DNA of 64,000 nucleotides from Mycobacteriales bacterium (GTDB lineage Bacteria > Actinomycetota > Actinomycetes > JAFAQI01): positions 26,827 through 90,826 of the forward strand of contig DASZTL010000061.1 of NCBI GenBank assembly GCA_035548055.1, in the 5' to 3' direction. Positions 48,660-58,816 of the stretch are shown here, in pieces. The notes beneath the pieces were generated by a model that worked only from the letters and a program-made list of their open reading frames with translations, was not told the DNA's origin and made no database searches. A program made the translations under genes and the position numbers. The number at the start of each line of letters is the position of its first letter. Within the stretch, counting starts at the first letter, position 1.

Positions 48660-50987
48660 ATGCGAGCGCTGGCGGCCGGCGCGTTGCTCGGCGTGCTCAT
48701 CACGCCGCTCACGGCGAATGCCGGGCCGGCCGCGGCCGGGCAGCCGGTCAGCAACCCGGCCGGTCTGGTCGACGCCCGGAGCGGTTCGCTCGGCCCCGGG
48801 TTCGTCACTGTCGCTGCGGGACTGCCGTTCGGCATGGTGACGCCGGGCCCGATCACCACGACGCCTGTGGGTGACGATCCGCTCAACTACGTCGGCTACG
48901 CCTACCAGGATCCAGAGATCCGTGGCTTCGCGCTGACCCACTTCTCCGGGGCCGGAATCCACATCGGTGGCGAGCTGCCTGTCATGCCCGTGACCGGCCC
49001 GGTCACGAGTCCGAAGCCCTCGGACTGGGCGAGCCCGTTCACGCACGCCACCGAGACGGCCGAGCCCGGCTACTACGCGACGACCCTGCTCAAGTCCGGG
49101 GTCCGAACAGAGCTCACTGCCACCACGCGTACGGCGGTCGAGCGCTACACGTTCCCGCGCGGTTCGCAGGCGAACCTGATCTTCGACGTCACCAGGAACA
49201 ACGACAGCAACCAATCCGGCGGCACGCTGAGCGGAGCCTTCCGAGTCGTGGGCCATCACCGCGCGCAAGGATCGGTCCGCGTGCCGGACTCGGGTGGTCT
49301 GACCATCTGGTTCGCAGCCCGGTTCGACCAGCGCATCGTCAGGCACGGCACGTGGACGGCGGCTGGGATGACACCCGCCAAGTCGACTGCCAGGGGTCAC
49401 GGGGCCGGGGGCTGGGTGGGATTCGACTCCACACGCAGCAGCGAGGTGCAGGCCGACATCGCCCTCAGCTACACGTCTCAGCGCGAGGCGGTTCGCAACC
49501 TTCGCGCCGAAGCGCCAGCCGGCCGCTCGTTCGACGAGGTACGCCGGCAGGCGGCGCGTACCTGGAACACGCGGCTTCGCAGCGTCGAGATCGCCGGCGG
49601 CACCCGGCACGCTCGGCGTACCTTCTACACCGCCCTATACCACGCGCTGCTGATGCCGACGGCCTTCGACGATGCCGATGGGCGCTATCGCGGCTTCGAC
49701 AGCAAGATCCGTCGAGTTCCGCGAGACCACCACCACTACACGGACCTGAGCCTGTGGGACACCTACCGCACCCAGACACCGCTGCTCACGCTGGTGGCGC
49801 CGAGGGTCGCGCACGATCTAGGCGTCTCGCTGCTTGCTGACACTGCGCAGAACTCAGGCGTCATCCCACGCTGGGTTCGTGGCAACCGTGACTACGGGAT
49901 CATGGGCGGGGACTCCGGTACACCCACGCTTGCGACCTTGGTCACCAGTGGCGCGCTTCGCGGCGCAGCCGCGCGTAGGGCGTACGCGGCCGTCGTTCAC
50001 CAAGCGACGACGCTGCCGCCGGCCGATCCCCGATCCGGTCTCGACAGCTACCTGAAGCTCGGTTACGTCCCGCTGGACGTGAGCGGTCGAGGCGCGTCGG
50101 TCACCCTCGAGTACGCCATCGACGATGCGGCGATCGCGGGCCTGGCGCGACACTTCCACGACGCCCACCGGGCTGCGGTCTTCACCCGTCGAGCCGGGTA
50201 TTGGCGCCACTTGCTCGACCGCTCCGACGGCTTCCTCCGGCCCCGGATGAGCGACGGCGCCTGGGCCACCCCGACCAACCTCGGCCTCACCCACGTGTGG
50301 AACCCGATCTTCCCGGACGGCTGGCAGGAGGGCACCGGCTGGCAGTACCTGTGGCTGGTCCCGCAGGACGTGCGCGGACTGGCGAACGCGATCGGCAAGA
50401 ACACGATGATCGAGCGGCTGGATCGATTCTTCCTTGCAGCCTTGGACCGGCAGGCAGCTCCGGTGGTACCGGAAGCGCAGGCCCAGGCTTCGCTGTTCGG
50501 GGCGTACTACATCGGCAACCAGTACACGCCGGCAAACGAAACGGATCTCCAGGCGCCGTGGTTGTACAACTGGCTCGGCCAGCCGTGGCGGACTCAGCAG
50601 GTCGTCCGCGCCGAGGCCGGTGTCTTCAACGCCTCCCCGTACGGGCTTCCCGGCAACGACGATGCGGGGACGATGTCGGCGGCGTACGTGCTGTCCGCGA
50701 TCGGCCTGTACCAAGCACAGCCGGGAGTCGATGCCTGGGAGCTGTCCTCGTCGTTCTTCCCCACGGTGCGGATCCGCGGCGGCCTTCGCATCTCAGCGCC
50801 GGGCAGCAGCCCGCTCCGGCAATACATTGCCTCGGCGCAGCTCAACGGCAAAGCGCTCGAGCGGGTCTGGCTGTCGTATGGCGACTTGCACGGCCGCCTG
50901 GTCGAGACGATGGCTTCGCGTCCCACCGCCTGGGGCACACCGGCGAGCGCGGCGCCGCCGAGCCTCAGCGACCGGCGGCGACGGTAG
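48660..50987 (+). CDS. Secreted GH92 alpha-mannosidase
   Basis: PFGMV, GFALTHFSGAG, FYTALYHALLMP, SLWDTYRT, GNDDAGTMSA; start moved to ATG at 48660. Confidence 0.92.
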   Translation: MRALAAGALLGVLITPLTANAGPAAAGQPVSNPAGLVDARSGSLGPGFVTVAAGLPFGMVTPGPITTTPVGDDPLNYVGYAYQDPEIRGFALTHFSGAGIHIGGELPVMPVTGPVTSPKPSDWASPFTHATETAEPGYYATTLLKSGVRTELTATTRTAVERYTFPRGSQANLIFDVTRNNDSNQSGGTLSGAFRVVGHHRAQGSVRVPDSGGLTIWFAARFDQRIVRHGTWTAAGMTPAKSTARGHGAGGWVGFDSTRSSEVQADIALSYTSQREAVRNLRAEAPAGRSFDEVRRQAARTWNTRLRSVEIAGGTRHARRTFYTALYHALLMPTAFDDADGRYRGFDSKIRRVPRDHHHYTDLSLWDTYRTQTPLLTLVAPRVAHDLGVSLLADTAQNSGVIPRWVRGNRDYGIMGGDSGTPTLATLVTSGALRGAAARRAYAAVVHQATTLPPADPRSGLDSYLKLGYVPLDVSGRGASVTLEYAIDDAAIAGLARHFHDAHRAAVFTRRAGYWRHLLDRSDGFLRPRMSDGAWATPTNLGLTHVWNPIFPDGWQEGTGWQYLWLVPQDVRGLANAIGKNTMIERLDRFFLAALDRQAAPVVPEAQAQASLFGAYYIGNQYTPANETDLQAPWLYNWLGQPWRTQQVVRAEAGVFNASPYGLPGNDDAGTMSAAYVLSAIGLYQAQPGVDAWELSSSFFPTVRIRGGLRISAPGSSPLRQYIASAQLNGKALERVWLSYGDLHGRLVETMASRPTAWGTPASAAPPSLSDRRRR

Positions 50988-51657
50988 GCGTTGCCGGCAG
51001 GACGTCGGCGAAGAGGAACCCGTCACGCTCGACGACCTCGCCGATGGTGACATCGAGCGGTTCGCTGAACCCCGGGCCGTCGACCACGAAGGTGTGGAAC
51101 TCCCCGTTCTCGCCGCACGGGTCCACCGCGGGCGGTAACGCATCGAGCAGATCGGCGTCGTACCAGCGGCCGACCAGGTCACCGGGCGCTTGCGCGGGGT
51201 CGACGCACGTCAGTACCGCACGCATCCCGGTGGCGACCATCCGTCGCGACAGCTGGTCGGTCGGCTCGAGCCACAGCGGGAAGACCGGCTCGATGCCGGA
51301 CCCGGCCAGCATCCGCACGCGATAGTCCCGCACGTCGGCGAGGTACAGATCGCCGAACACCATGTGGGTCACCTCGGCGGCATGGGCGGCGCGGACAGCG
51401 GCGGCCATGCGCTCCTCGTAGACGTCGTTGGGACAGGGCCACGGCAGGTCGACGACGTGAAGTGGCAAGCCGACTGCCGCCGCCTGTGCCTCCAGGAGCC
51501 CGCGTCGAACCGCGTGCATCGCCACCCGGTCAGCCGTCGAGTTCACAGTGGTGAGCAGACCGACGACCTCCAGCTCGCCGGCATTGCGGATCGCCTCGAG
51601 GGCAAAGGCGCTGTCCTTGCCGCTGGACCAGCTCAGCCAGGCCCGGGGGAGTGTCAT
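50965..51657 (-). CDS. PP-loop ATPase (diphthamide-synthase/Dph6-like adenine nucleotide alpha hydrolase)
   Basis: WLSWSSGKDS, VFGDLYL, VDPCGENGEFHTFV. Confidence 0.85.
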   Translation of the reverse strand: MTLPRAWLSWSSGKDSAFALEAIRNAGELEVVGLLTTVNSTADRVAMHAVRRGLLEAQAAAVGLPLHVVDLPWPCPNDVYEERMAAAVRAAHAAEVTHMVFGDLYLADVRDYRVRMLAGSGIEPVFPLWLEPTDQLSRRMVATGMRAVLTCVDPAQAPGDLVGRWYDADLLDALPPAVDPCGENGEFHTFVVDGPGFSEPLDVTIGEVVERDGFLFADVLPATPTVAAGR

Positions 51658-51959
51658 CGGCGCGCCGCATCGACGACGTAGGGGCAATGGCGACAGCCGT
51701 TCTCGCAGCAGTAGCCGCGCTCAGCGAGATATGCCGCGGTGAGCACGAACAGACCTGTCAGCGGGTCCGGATAGCCGGCCTCATCCGCAGCCAGCGCGGC
51801 GTCATGGGCCGCAAGGATGCGGTCGCGTCCGGGTGCATCGAGCGGGAGTCTCGAGTGAGCCGGCGTCGACAGCGGCCGGTCTGCAAGGACGTCCGCGTGG
51901 GGCGCGCCGGCTGCCGACTCAGAATCGATGTCTGAGCGTGACAAGGCCGACGACCCCAC
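51654..51959 (-). CDS. DUF5522-like small Cys-rich protein
   Basis: YPDPLTGLFVLTAAYLAERGYCCENGCRHCPY; the only in-frame start overlaps the upstream gene by 41 nt. Confidence 0.75.
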   Translation of the reverse strand: MGSSALSRSDIDSESAAGAPHADVLADRPLSTPAHSRLPLDAPGRDRILAAHDAALAADEAGYPDPLTGLFVLTAAYLAERGYCCENGCRHCPYVVDAARR

Positions 51960-52263
51960 AGATGATCGCCGCCGCGAATGCGAGTGGCGCCAGCTTCTCG
52001 TTCTTGCTCTTGCTCGCGAACGCTGTGAAGAACGGCGTCACGATCAGCGGGACGAAACCGGTCGCGAGCGCGAAGAAGATCGACAGCGCAGCAGCGACGA
52101 AGGTGTACATCGAATACTGATTGTGCTCGAAGAGCGACTCGCTCTGGGTTGCGGTGCTGGTCGTGCCGTCGGTGGTCGACGTCGTCCAGGCCTGGCCGTT
52201 CCACCACCGGAAGGGGGCGACGCCTCCCGGGTCCGGATACCAACCGGGTGCGGGACTGGTCAC
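51919..52263 (-). CDS. DUF2510 membrane protein
   Basis: PAPGWYPDP...RWWNGQAWT followed by TM helices; AGGAG RBS. Confidence 0.85.
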   Translation of the reverse strand: MTSPAPGWYPDPGGVAPFRWWNGQAWTTSTTDGTTSTATQSESLFEHNQYSMYTFVAAALSIFFALATGFVPLIVTPFFTAFASKSKNEKLAPLAFAAAIICGVVGLVTLRHRF

Positions 52264-52309
52264 GCGAACTCCTGTACGGCGAAGGCTCGATCGACTCTAC
52301 TGGCCGGCT

Positions 52310-52849
52310 TCAGCGGCCGTCAGCATAGAGAGCCGTCGCAAGCCGCTCGGCGTGCTCTCGCAACGTCGCATCCGGCAGCGGTTCGTCGAAGAACATCTCG
52401 TCCCAGGTCAGCGGATTCCCGGGCGCGGGATCATCGACGTACCTCGGCACGACGTGGGTGTGCAGGTGGGGCAGCCAGTTCCCCAACGTCATCAGGTTGA
52501 TCTTGACCGGCTTGAACACCCGGTCGATCGCGCGGGCGACCCGGTTCACGTCGGCCCAGTAGCTCGCGGACTGCTCCTTGCTCAGTGCGAATGCCTCGGC
52601 GACGTGCTGGCCGTTCCAGGCGACGACGCAGAAGCCGGGCAGCCGGCTCCGCGAATCCAGCCGCACCACAGTGGCCGGAAGCGCAGCGCCGGTGACCAGG
52701 TCACGGCTTCGGGTGTCGACGATCGCCGCGCAGATCGGGCAGTCGGCACCCGCCTTGCGCTCGGCCCAGTCATCGGGCCAGCCACCCTCCCTCACCCCGG
52801 CAACGTACCTCCGGTCGCGTGGCGGTGGGTCCTGGGAGCGCAAGATCAC
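52310..52849 (-). CDS. HIT-family hydrolase
   Basis: CPIC, GNWLPHLHTHVVPR (HxHxH); the start may be a little downstream. Confidence 0.85.
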   Translation of the reverse strand: MILRSQDPPPRDRRYVAGVREGGWPDDWAERKAGADCPICAAIVDTRSRDLVTGAALPATVVRLDSRSRLPGFCVVAWNGQHVAEAFALSKEQSASYWADVNRVARAIDRVFKPVKINLMTLGNWLPHLHTHVVPRYVDDPAPGNPLTWDEMFFDEPLPDATLREHAERLATALYADGR

Positions 52850-52899
52850 GCCGCTAGGAGCGAGCAGGATCCGCTATCCGCCGGGTCGAATCAGGGGCG

Positions 52900-55125
52900 A
52901 TGCGCCGCAACCCAGCAAGCCGGGCCCTGCTCACCGTGCTCGTCGTCGCCGGCTGCAGCGCTGGCCTGGTCCGAGGCACCGGGGCACCGGCGGTCGCCGC
53001 GACGGCGGTCGCCCACTGCCCGTGGATGAACCCCCACCTGTCGGCTGAGCGTCGCGCCGCCATGGTGGTCAAGCGCATGACCCTGCAGCAGAAGGTGAGC
53101 CTGCTCTACGGCCGGGGCGACATCACCCACTACGGCGCCGCGAACTACATCCCCGGCATTCCATCGCTCTGCGTCCCGGACCAGGTGTCGAACGACGCAG
53201 GCGCCGGGCTTGGGGACGTACAGGTCCTGGTCACCGCCTTCCCGGACGGGATCACGCAGGCGGCCAGCTGGGACCGCGCGATGCAGTACAAGCTTGGTGC
53301 CGCGATCGGCTGGGAGGCGTGGCACAAGGGGGTCAACGTTCAGCTCGCGCCGGGCGTGGACATCGCACGCAACCCGCTGAACGGCCGCACCTTCGAATAC
53401 GCCGGAGAAGACCCCTACCTGTCCGGGCAGACCGGCGTGGCCGAGATCAGGGGGATCCAGAGTCAGCACGTCGCGGCAACCGTCAAGCACTACGCGCTGA
53501 ACGACCAAGAGACCAACCGCATGACCGACTCTTCGGATGTGGACGTGCGCACGATGCAGGAGATCCACCTCCCGGCATACGAGGCCGCAGTCAAGGAGGG
53601 CCACGTCGCGTCGGTGATGTGCAGCTACAACCGGATCAACGGCGTGTACGCCTGTCAGAACCGCTATCTGCTCCGGGACGTCCTCAAGCGGCAGTTCGGC
53701 TTCAAGGGGTGGGTGATGTCCGACTGGGGCGGCACCCACTCAACTGTCGCCGCCGCCAAGAACGGCCTCGATCAGGAGCAGAACATCACTCCCGGCACCT
53801 ATTTCTCCAAGCCGTTGCAGGCGGCTGTGCAGAACCATCAGGTGTCGATGCGGACGCTCAACGAGATGGTGCGTCGGGTCATGTGGGGTCTGTTCACCGC
53901 TGGCGTGTTCGACCATCCGGCGCCGGCAGCCCCGATCGCGACCACCGCCATCGTCAACACCCCGCAGGAGAAGGCGACCGCGCTCGAGGTGGCCGAGGGT
54001 GGAGCGGTCCTGCTCAAGAACGCCCGAGGTGTTCTACCGCTGCAAGGAACGGGACAGAGCCTCGCCGTGATCGGCCTGCCGGCGACGCCGGTGGGGGCGC
54101 AGCAGTACTACCAAGGCGGCGGTAGCTCGAAGGTGCCGTTGTTCGGCGTGAACCCGAACGTCGTCGACCCGCTGTCGGCGATCACGCTACGGGCGCAAGC
54201 AAACGGTGACGTCGTCATCCCGGCGGCGGGACTCACGACCGCTGACGCCGTGGCGGCCGCCAAGCTCGCCAAGACAGCAGTGGTCTTCATCGGCGACGGC
54301 GAGACCGAAGGAAGCGACCGCAAGTCGCTCAACGCGGTGAACGCCGTGTGCGCACTCGTGTGCCTTCCGTCGACGGGTCCTGACCAGAACGCTTTGGTGT
54401 CCGCGGTGGCGAAGGCGAACCCGAACACGATCGTCGTCGTGCAGGCGGGCGGCCCGGTCGCGATGCCGTGGCTGAAGCAGGTCCGAGGCGTCCTGCACAT
54501 GTGGTTCCCCGGCGAGCAGGATGGCAACGCCGCGGCCGCGCTGCTGTTCGGCGACGTCAACCCGTCGGGCAAGCTGCCCATCACCTTCCCGAAGTCGATG
54601 AAGCAGACGCCGCTGCGGTCCGCACAGCAGTACCCGGGTGTGACCATCCAAGGGATCCCGCACTCGCGGTACACCGAGCGGCTCCTGGTGGGCTATCGCT
54701 GGTACACGGCGAAACACATCACGCCGAGGTTCCCGTTCGGCTTCGGCCTGTCGTACACCCACTTCGCGTTGAGCCATCTCACCGTGCGCGGCACGACCCG
54801 TGGTGCAACCGCGCGGTTCGCGGTGACGAACACCGGCAGCCGAGCCGGCGCGGAGGTGGCGCAGCTGTACGTCGGTGACCCGCCTGGCGCCCACGAGCCG
54901 CCCATCCAGCTCAAGGGCTACGAGAAGGTGTGGCTGCAGCCGGGCGAGCGCAAGTGGCTGACCCTCGATCTGGACCGCCGTTCGTTCGCCTACTGGAAGA
55001 CCAAGGCCAACGCCTGGCGGGTGGCGCCTGGCTGCTACTCGATCCGGGTCGGCGACTCATCGGCCCACCTGCCGCTGCACGGACGGATCTGCACCAGCGA
55101 CCGAGGTGCCGCAGCGCAGCGGTAG
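52900..55125 (+). CDS. Secreted GH3 beta-glucosidase
   Basis: Signal peptide; GRTFEYAGEDP, ATVKHYALN, VMSDWG nucleophile, VGYRWY, FPFGFGLSYT. Confidence 0.94.
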   Translation: MRRNPASRALLTVLVVAGCSAGLVRGTGAPAVAATAVAHCPWMNPHLSAERRAAMVVKRMTLQQKVSLLYGRGDITHYGAANYIPGIPSLCVPDQVSNDAGAGLGDVQVLVTAFPDGITQAASWDRAMQYKLGAAIGWEAWHKGVNVQLAPGVDIARNPLNGRTFEYAGEDPYLSGQTGVAEIRGIQSQHVAATVKHYALNDQETNRMTDSSDVDVRTMQEIHLPAYEAAVKEGHVASVMCSYNRINGVYACQNRYLLRDVLKRQFGFKGWVMSDWGGTHSTVAAAKNGLDQEQNITPGTYFSKPLQAAVQNHQVSMRTLNEMVRRVMWGLFTAGVFDHPAPAAPIATTAIVNTPQEKATALEVAEGGAVLLKNARGVLPLQGTGQSLAVIGLPATPVGAQQYYQGGGSSKVPLFGVNPNVVDPLSAITLRAQANGDVVIPAAGLTTADAVAAAKLAKTAVVFIGDGETEGSDRKSLNAVNAVCALVCLPSTGPDQNALVSAVAKANPNTIVVVQAGGPVAMPWLKQVRGVLHMWFPGEQDGNAAAALLFGDVNPSGKLPITFPKSMKQTPLRSAQQYPGVTIQGIPHSRYTERLLVGYRWYTAKHITPRFPFGFGLSYTHFALSHLTVRGTTRGATARFAVTNTGSRAGAEVAQLYVGDPPGAHEPPIQLKGYEKVWLQPGERKWLTLDLDRRSFAYWKTKANAWRVAPGCYSIRVGDSSAHLPLHGRICTSDRGAAAQR

Positions 55126-55131
55126 GGCGCC

Positions 55132-56556
55132 CTACGACGCGCCGGCCCGACGGCGTGTGATGGCGTCGACCGAGGCCGCGACCAACAAGACGAGGCCCGT
55201 GATCTCCTGCACGACACTGATCGGCAGGCCCGGGTGGAGCTGAATGCCGTTGGGAATCATCGCGATGACTACGGCACCGAGGAGGGCATCGCGCGGCTTG
55301 CCCCGTCCGCCGAACAACGACGTGCCACCGATCACTGCGGCTGCGACGGCGTAGAGCAGCGTGTTGCCCTGGCCGAGTGCGGGTTGGGCGCCACCGCTGA
55401 AGTCAGCGAGGAACAGTCCGCCGATCGCTGCCAGCGTGGAGCAGAGAATGAAGGCCGAGATGCGCACCCGTTCGACGGGGATTCCGGCGCGGGAGGCCGC
55501 CTCGCTGTTGCCGCCGATCGCGTAGAGGTGACGACCCCACGAGGTGCGTGCCAGCAGGATCGAGAACACGACCATGAGCGCGATCGGGACGCTCGCCGCC
55601 CACGGCACACCTTGGATGACGAATCCAGGGTTCGGGTTCCGGTTTCGGTTGAACCAGATGACGATGAGCGCGCCGCCGACCGCGAGGACGCTGATCCGCA
55701 ACGCGACCAGTGCATGGCGGTCGTAGGACACGCCCTGTGAGGCGCGCCTACGCTGCCGCGTGATCGTGACCGCCGCGTAGCCGAGCACGAGGACGCCGAA
55801 GAAGATCCAGCCCTGTGCCGGCGACATGTTCTTGTGCGTCATCGCGAACCAGGGGCCGTAGCGGCTGGTGCCGATCGACTGGCTCTGCACCGCGTCGAGC
55901 GTCACTCCCTCCCAGGTGAGGAACAACGCCAGGGTGACGATGAACGATGGAATGCCGATCGCGGTCACCAGAACGCCATTGAAGGTCCCGATCGCAATAC
56001 CAATCGCGCACGCGACAGCGAACGCGAGCCAGACGTGGTTCTCATCGGCGCCGGTGACGATCAGCACGATGCCGACGACGACGAGCACGGCAGCCGGGTA
56101 CAGGCGCTTCCATACCGCGAGGCCCGCCGCTGCCGCCATCGCCACGATCAAGCCGATGTAGACCGCTGAGCCGACCGCTTGATGCAGGTCCCCGGATCGC
56201 AGAGCCTGCGCTGCAAACCCGGCAGCGACGCCCCCCGCCGCCCCTGCGGAAAGGTCAATGTCGCCCAGCAGCAGCACGAAGACGAGGCCCAGCGCGATCA
56301 ACGCGATGAACGACGCTTGGGACATGAGGTTGCCGATGTTGTTGGCGGTGTGGAACAGCGGCGTCGTGACGCTGAACAACACCCCGATCACCACGAGGCC
56401 GAGTACGGCCGGCAGTCCACCTGGGTCGCCGCGGCGTACCCGGATGACGTATTCCGAGAACGCGGCCGACAGCCCGCGGGGTGTGGTGTCGACGCGGAAG
56501 CTGGTGCGTGGGTCGTCGCTGTCGTCGGTGACGGTGCTTGTCGGGTCGCTGGACAT
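55132..56556 (-). CDS. Sugar ABC transporter permease (XylH/GguB-like)
   Basis: IDLSAG, GIPSFIVTLA, GRHLYAIGGN, AVIGGTSLFGGRG; start moved to ATG at 56556. Confidence 0.92.
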   Translation of the reverse strand: MSSDPTSTVTDDSDDPRTSFRVDTTPRGLSAAFSEYVIRVRRGDPGGLPAVLGLVVIGVLFSVTTPLFHTANNIGNLMSQASFIALIALGLVFVLLLGDIDLSAGAAGGVAAGFAAQALRSGDLHQAVGSAVYIGLIVAMAAAAGLAVWKRLYPAAVLVVVGIVLIVTGADENHVWLAFAVACAIGIAIGTFNGVLVTAIGIPSFIVTLALFLTWEGVTLDAVQSQSIGTSRYGPWFAMTHKNMSPAQGWIFFGVLVLGYAAVTITRQRRRASQGVSYDRHALVALRISVLAVGGALIVIWFNRNRNPNPGFVIQGVPWAASVPIALMVVFSILLARTSWGRHLYAIGGNSEAASRAGIPVERVRISAFILCSTLAAIGGLFLADFSGGAQPALGQGNTLLYAVAAAVIGGTSLFGGRGKPRDALLGAVVIAMIPNGIQLHPGLPISVVQEITGLVLLVAASVDAITRRRAGAS

Positions 56557-56564
56557 CGGCAGGC

Positions 56565-57353
56565 CTACGCGCTCTGGGCGGCCGTCGCCGGGGCCAGGCC
56601 GATCTCGCCGCTGCGTCCGGTCGTGATCAGCTCGACCACCTGCTCGAGTGAGGTGTCCGCGCGCTTGACCTCGGCGGCCCGACGGCCGAGGTAGAGCACC
56701 GCGATCCGGTCGGCGACCTCGAGCACGTCGTTCATGTTGTGCGAGATCAGAACGACGCCGATGCCGTTGTCGGCGAGGCGGCGTACCAGGTCGAGGACCT
56801 GCCTGGTCTGGGCGACGCCGAGCGCAGCCGTCGGCTCGTCGAGGAAGACGACGCGCCCGTTCCAGAGCACGGCGCGGGCGATGGCGACGGTCTGGCGTTG
56901 CCCGCCGGACAGGCTCGCAACCGGTTGGCGGACCGAGTTGATCGTCCGTACGGCGAGGGAGCGCAGCGTCTCGCGCGCCTTGGTCTCCATCTCGCCGTCG
57001 GAGAGGAACGGGCCGCGGCGCATCTCGCGCCCGAGAAACATGTTCTGGGTGATGTCGAGGTTGTCGGCGAGTGCAAGGTCCTGGTAGACGAACTCGATCC
57101 CGAGCGACGAAGCGACTGCCGGCGAGGAGATGGTGACAGGCTTGCCGTCCCAGTACATCCGGCCCGTGTCGATCGTGTTGATCCCGGCGATGCACTTCAC
57201 AAGGGTCGACTTGCCGGCGCCGTTGTCCCCGACGAGTGCGGTGACCTGACCGGGGTAGACGGCGAAGTCCACGTCATGGAGCACATGCACCGCGCCGAAG
57301 CTCTTGTTCAGTCCCTCGACTCGGAGTACCGGCGTCTCGGACGGGTCGGACAC
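56565..57353 (-). CDS. Sugar ABC transporter ATP-binding protein
   Basis: GDNGAGKS, LSGGQRQ, FLDEPT; start moved to GTG at 57353. Confidence 0.94.
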   Translation of the reverse strand: MSDPSETPVLRVEGLNKSFGAVHVLHDVDFAVYPGQVTALVGDNGAGKSTLVKCIAGINTIDTGRMYWDGKPVTISSPAVASSLGIEFVYQDLALADNLDITQNMFLGREMRRGPFLSDGEMETKARETLRSLAVRTINSVRQPVASLSGGQRQTVAIARAVLWNGRVVFLDEPTAALGVAQTRQVLDLVRRLADNGIGVVLISHNMNDVLEVADRIAVLYLGRRAAEVKRADTSLEQVVELITTGRSGEIGLAPATAAQSA

Positions 57354-57430
57354 TTGCGGTCTCCTCGCACTCAGCGTCGTCGAGCCGAGGGCACCGGATG
57401 GCGCCCTCGGCTCGACGACTTGCTGCTCTT

Positions 57431-58552
57431 CTAGCTGCTGACGCCTGCGGACTTGCACTCGCTCGCGTAGCCCTTGCAGAGCTCGGCAGCGGTGACGGCA
57501 CCCGCCGTGACGACGTCGTTGATGTTCTTCAGCGTGATCGCCTCCGGCACGAGGAGCACCGACGGGATGTCGCGCTTGCCCTCGGGATCGTGCAGGTTGC
57601 CGGTCGCCAACGCATCCGCCGCCGCCGTGTCACCCTTGGCGAGAGCGATTGCGAGCTTCGAGGCCGCGTCCGCCTCCTTCGAGACGTCCTTGAACACCGT
57701 CATGCACTGGTCGCCGCTCAGGATGTACTGCAAACCCTGGGTCGTCGCGTCCTGCCCGGTCACCGGCACCTGGAGGTTCTTGGACTTCAGGATGCCGATC
57801 GCCGCGCCGGCGATGCCGTCGTTGGCAGCGAGCACACCGTCGACCTTGCCGCCGTTCTTCGTCAGCAGCTGCTGGAAGTCGGTCGCCGCCGTCGTGTTGT
57901 CCCACTTGCTGACATCCACCTCTTGGGCGATCTTGATCTTGCCGGCCTTGACCGCCGGGTCGAGCACCTCATGGGCGCCCTTCTTGAACAGCACGGCATT
58001 GTTGTCGATGTCGGTGCCACCGTTGAGCTCGATGACCTGGGCACCGCTGGTCTTGCCGGATGCCGCGAGGCAGTCGAGCAGGCCCTGGCCCTGCAGCTTG
58101 CCGACGGCCACGTTGTCGAACGAGACGTAGTAGCCGGCCGAGCCGCCGAGATTGACGCGGTCGTAGTCGATGACCTGTACGCCCGCGGACTTGGCGGCGC
58201 TCTCCACGCTGATTCCGGTCTGCGGATCGGCTGGGTCGATGAGGAGGACCTTCACACCCTCCGCGATCATCGACTGCGCGATCGAGACGAACTTCGCGTT
58301 GTCGCCCTGCGCGTTCTGAATGTCGGCCTTGACGCCGGCGTCCTTGAAGGCCTTCGTCAGCAGGGGTGCGTCGTACTGGGTGTAGCGCGCGGACGAAGTG
58401 GTGTCCGGAAGGATCACGCCGACCTCGGTCTTGCCGCTTGACGCCCCTCCGGTGCCCTGGTTGTCGCCCCCGGAACTGCTGCTGCCGCAGGCGCTAAGTG
58501 CCAACAGGCCCGACACGGCGAGTACGCCGATGCCGGCCTTGCGTTCTGCCAC
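57431..58552 (-). CDS. Sugar ABC substrate-binding lipoprotein (XylF/ChvE-like)
   Basis: Lipobox LSAC; ILPDTTSSARY, YDR, VSFDNVAVGKLQG, TGQDA; start near 58552-58558. Confidence 0.92.
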   Translation of the reverse strand: MAERKAGIGVLAVSGLLALSACGSSSSGGDNQGTGGASSGKTEVGVILPDTTSSARYTQYDAPLLTKAFKDAGVKADIQNAQGDNAKFVSIAQSMIAEGVKVLLIDPADPQTGISVESAAKSAGVQVIDYDRVNLGGSAGYYVSFDNVAVGKLQGQGLLDCLAASGKTSGAQVIELNGGTDIDNNAVLFKKGAHEVLDPAVKAGKIKIAQEVDVSKWDNTTAATDFQQLLTKNGGKVDGVLAANDGIAGAAIGILKSKNLQVPVTGQDATTQGLQYILSGDQCMTVFKDVSKEADAASKLAIALAKGDTAAADALATGNLHDPEGKRDIPSVLLVPEAITLKNINDVVTAGAVTAAELCKGYASECKSAGVSS

Positions 58553-58739
58553 TCTCACAAACGTCCTCCTCGACAAGCGCGAGACCGTGGTGGCTACGCG
58601 CGAGGAGACAGTCTCGCGGCGTGCGCGTCCCGTCAACAAAACGCGCCGACTGCAACGAGCTTGTGATCACCACCGCGATGCGCGCACCACCTCAAGATCA
58701 CGGGCGCTCGGGCGTGAACGGGAGGGGGCGTGAAGACCT

Positions 58740-58763
58740 TGGTGTCGGAGGGGGGACTCGAAC
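58740..58763 (-). mobile_element. 3' fragment of a tRNA (tRNA-Leu-like); probable att site bounding an integrated element
   Basis: Minus strand reads GTTCGAGTCCCCCCTCCGACACCA = T-loop, 3' T-stem, acceptor 3' strand CTCCGAC, discriminator A, CCA; the rest of the tRNA is absent. Confidence 0.85.
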
Positions 58764-58816
58764 AGATATCCCACGGTTCTCGCTTCGGGACACCTGCGGC
58801 TGTAGCTCCGAGTCGC

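Noticed and set aside
58663-58704. GTGATC/GATCAC hairpin that faintly resembles the 69-bp repeat arms
   Set aside because: Only a 6-bp stem, lacks the GACACGCCG loop, and needs gaps to align; cannot be called a third copy
58798-58808. GGCTGTAGCTC resembling a tRNA 5' end on the plus strand
   Set aside because: No D-arm, anticodon arm or T-arm follows; treated as chance
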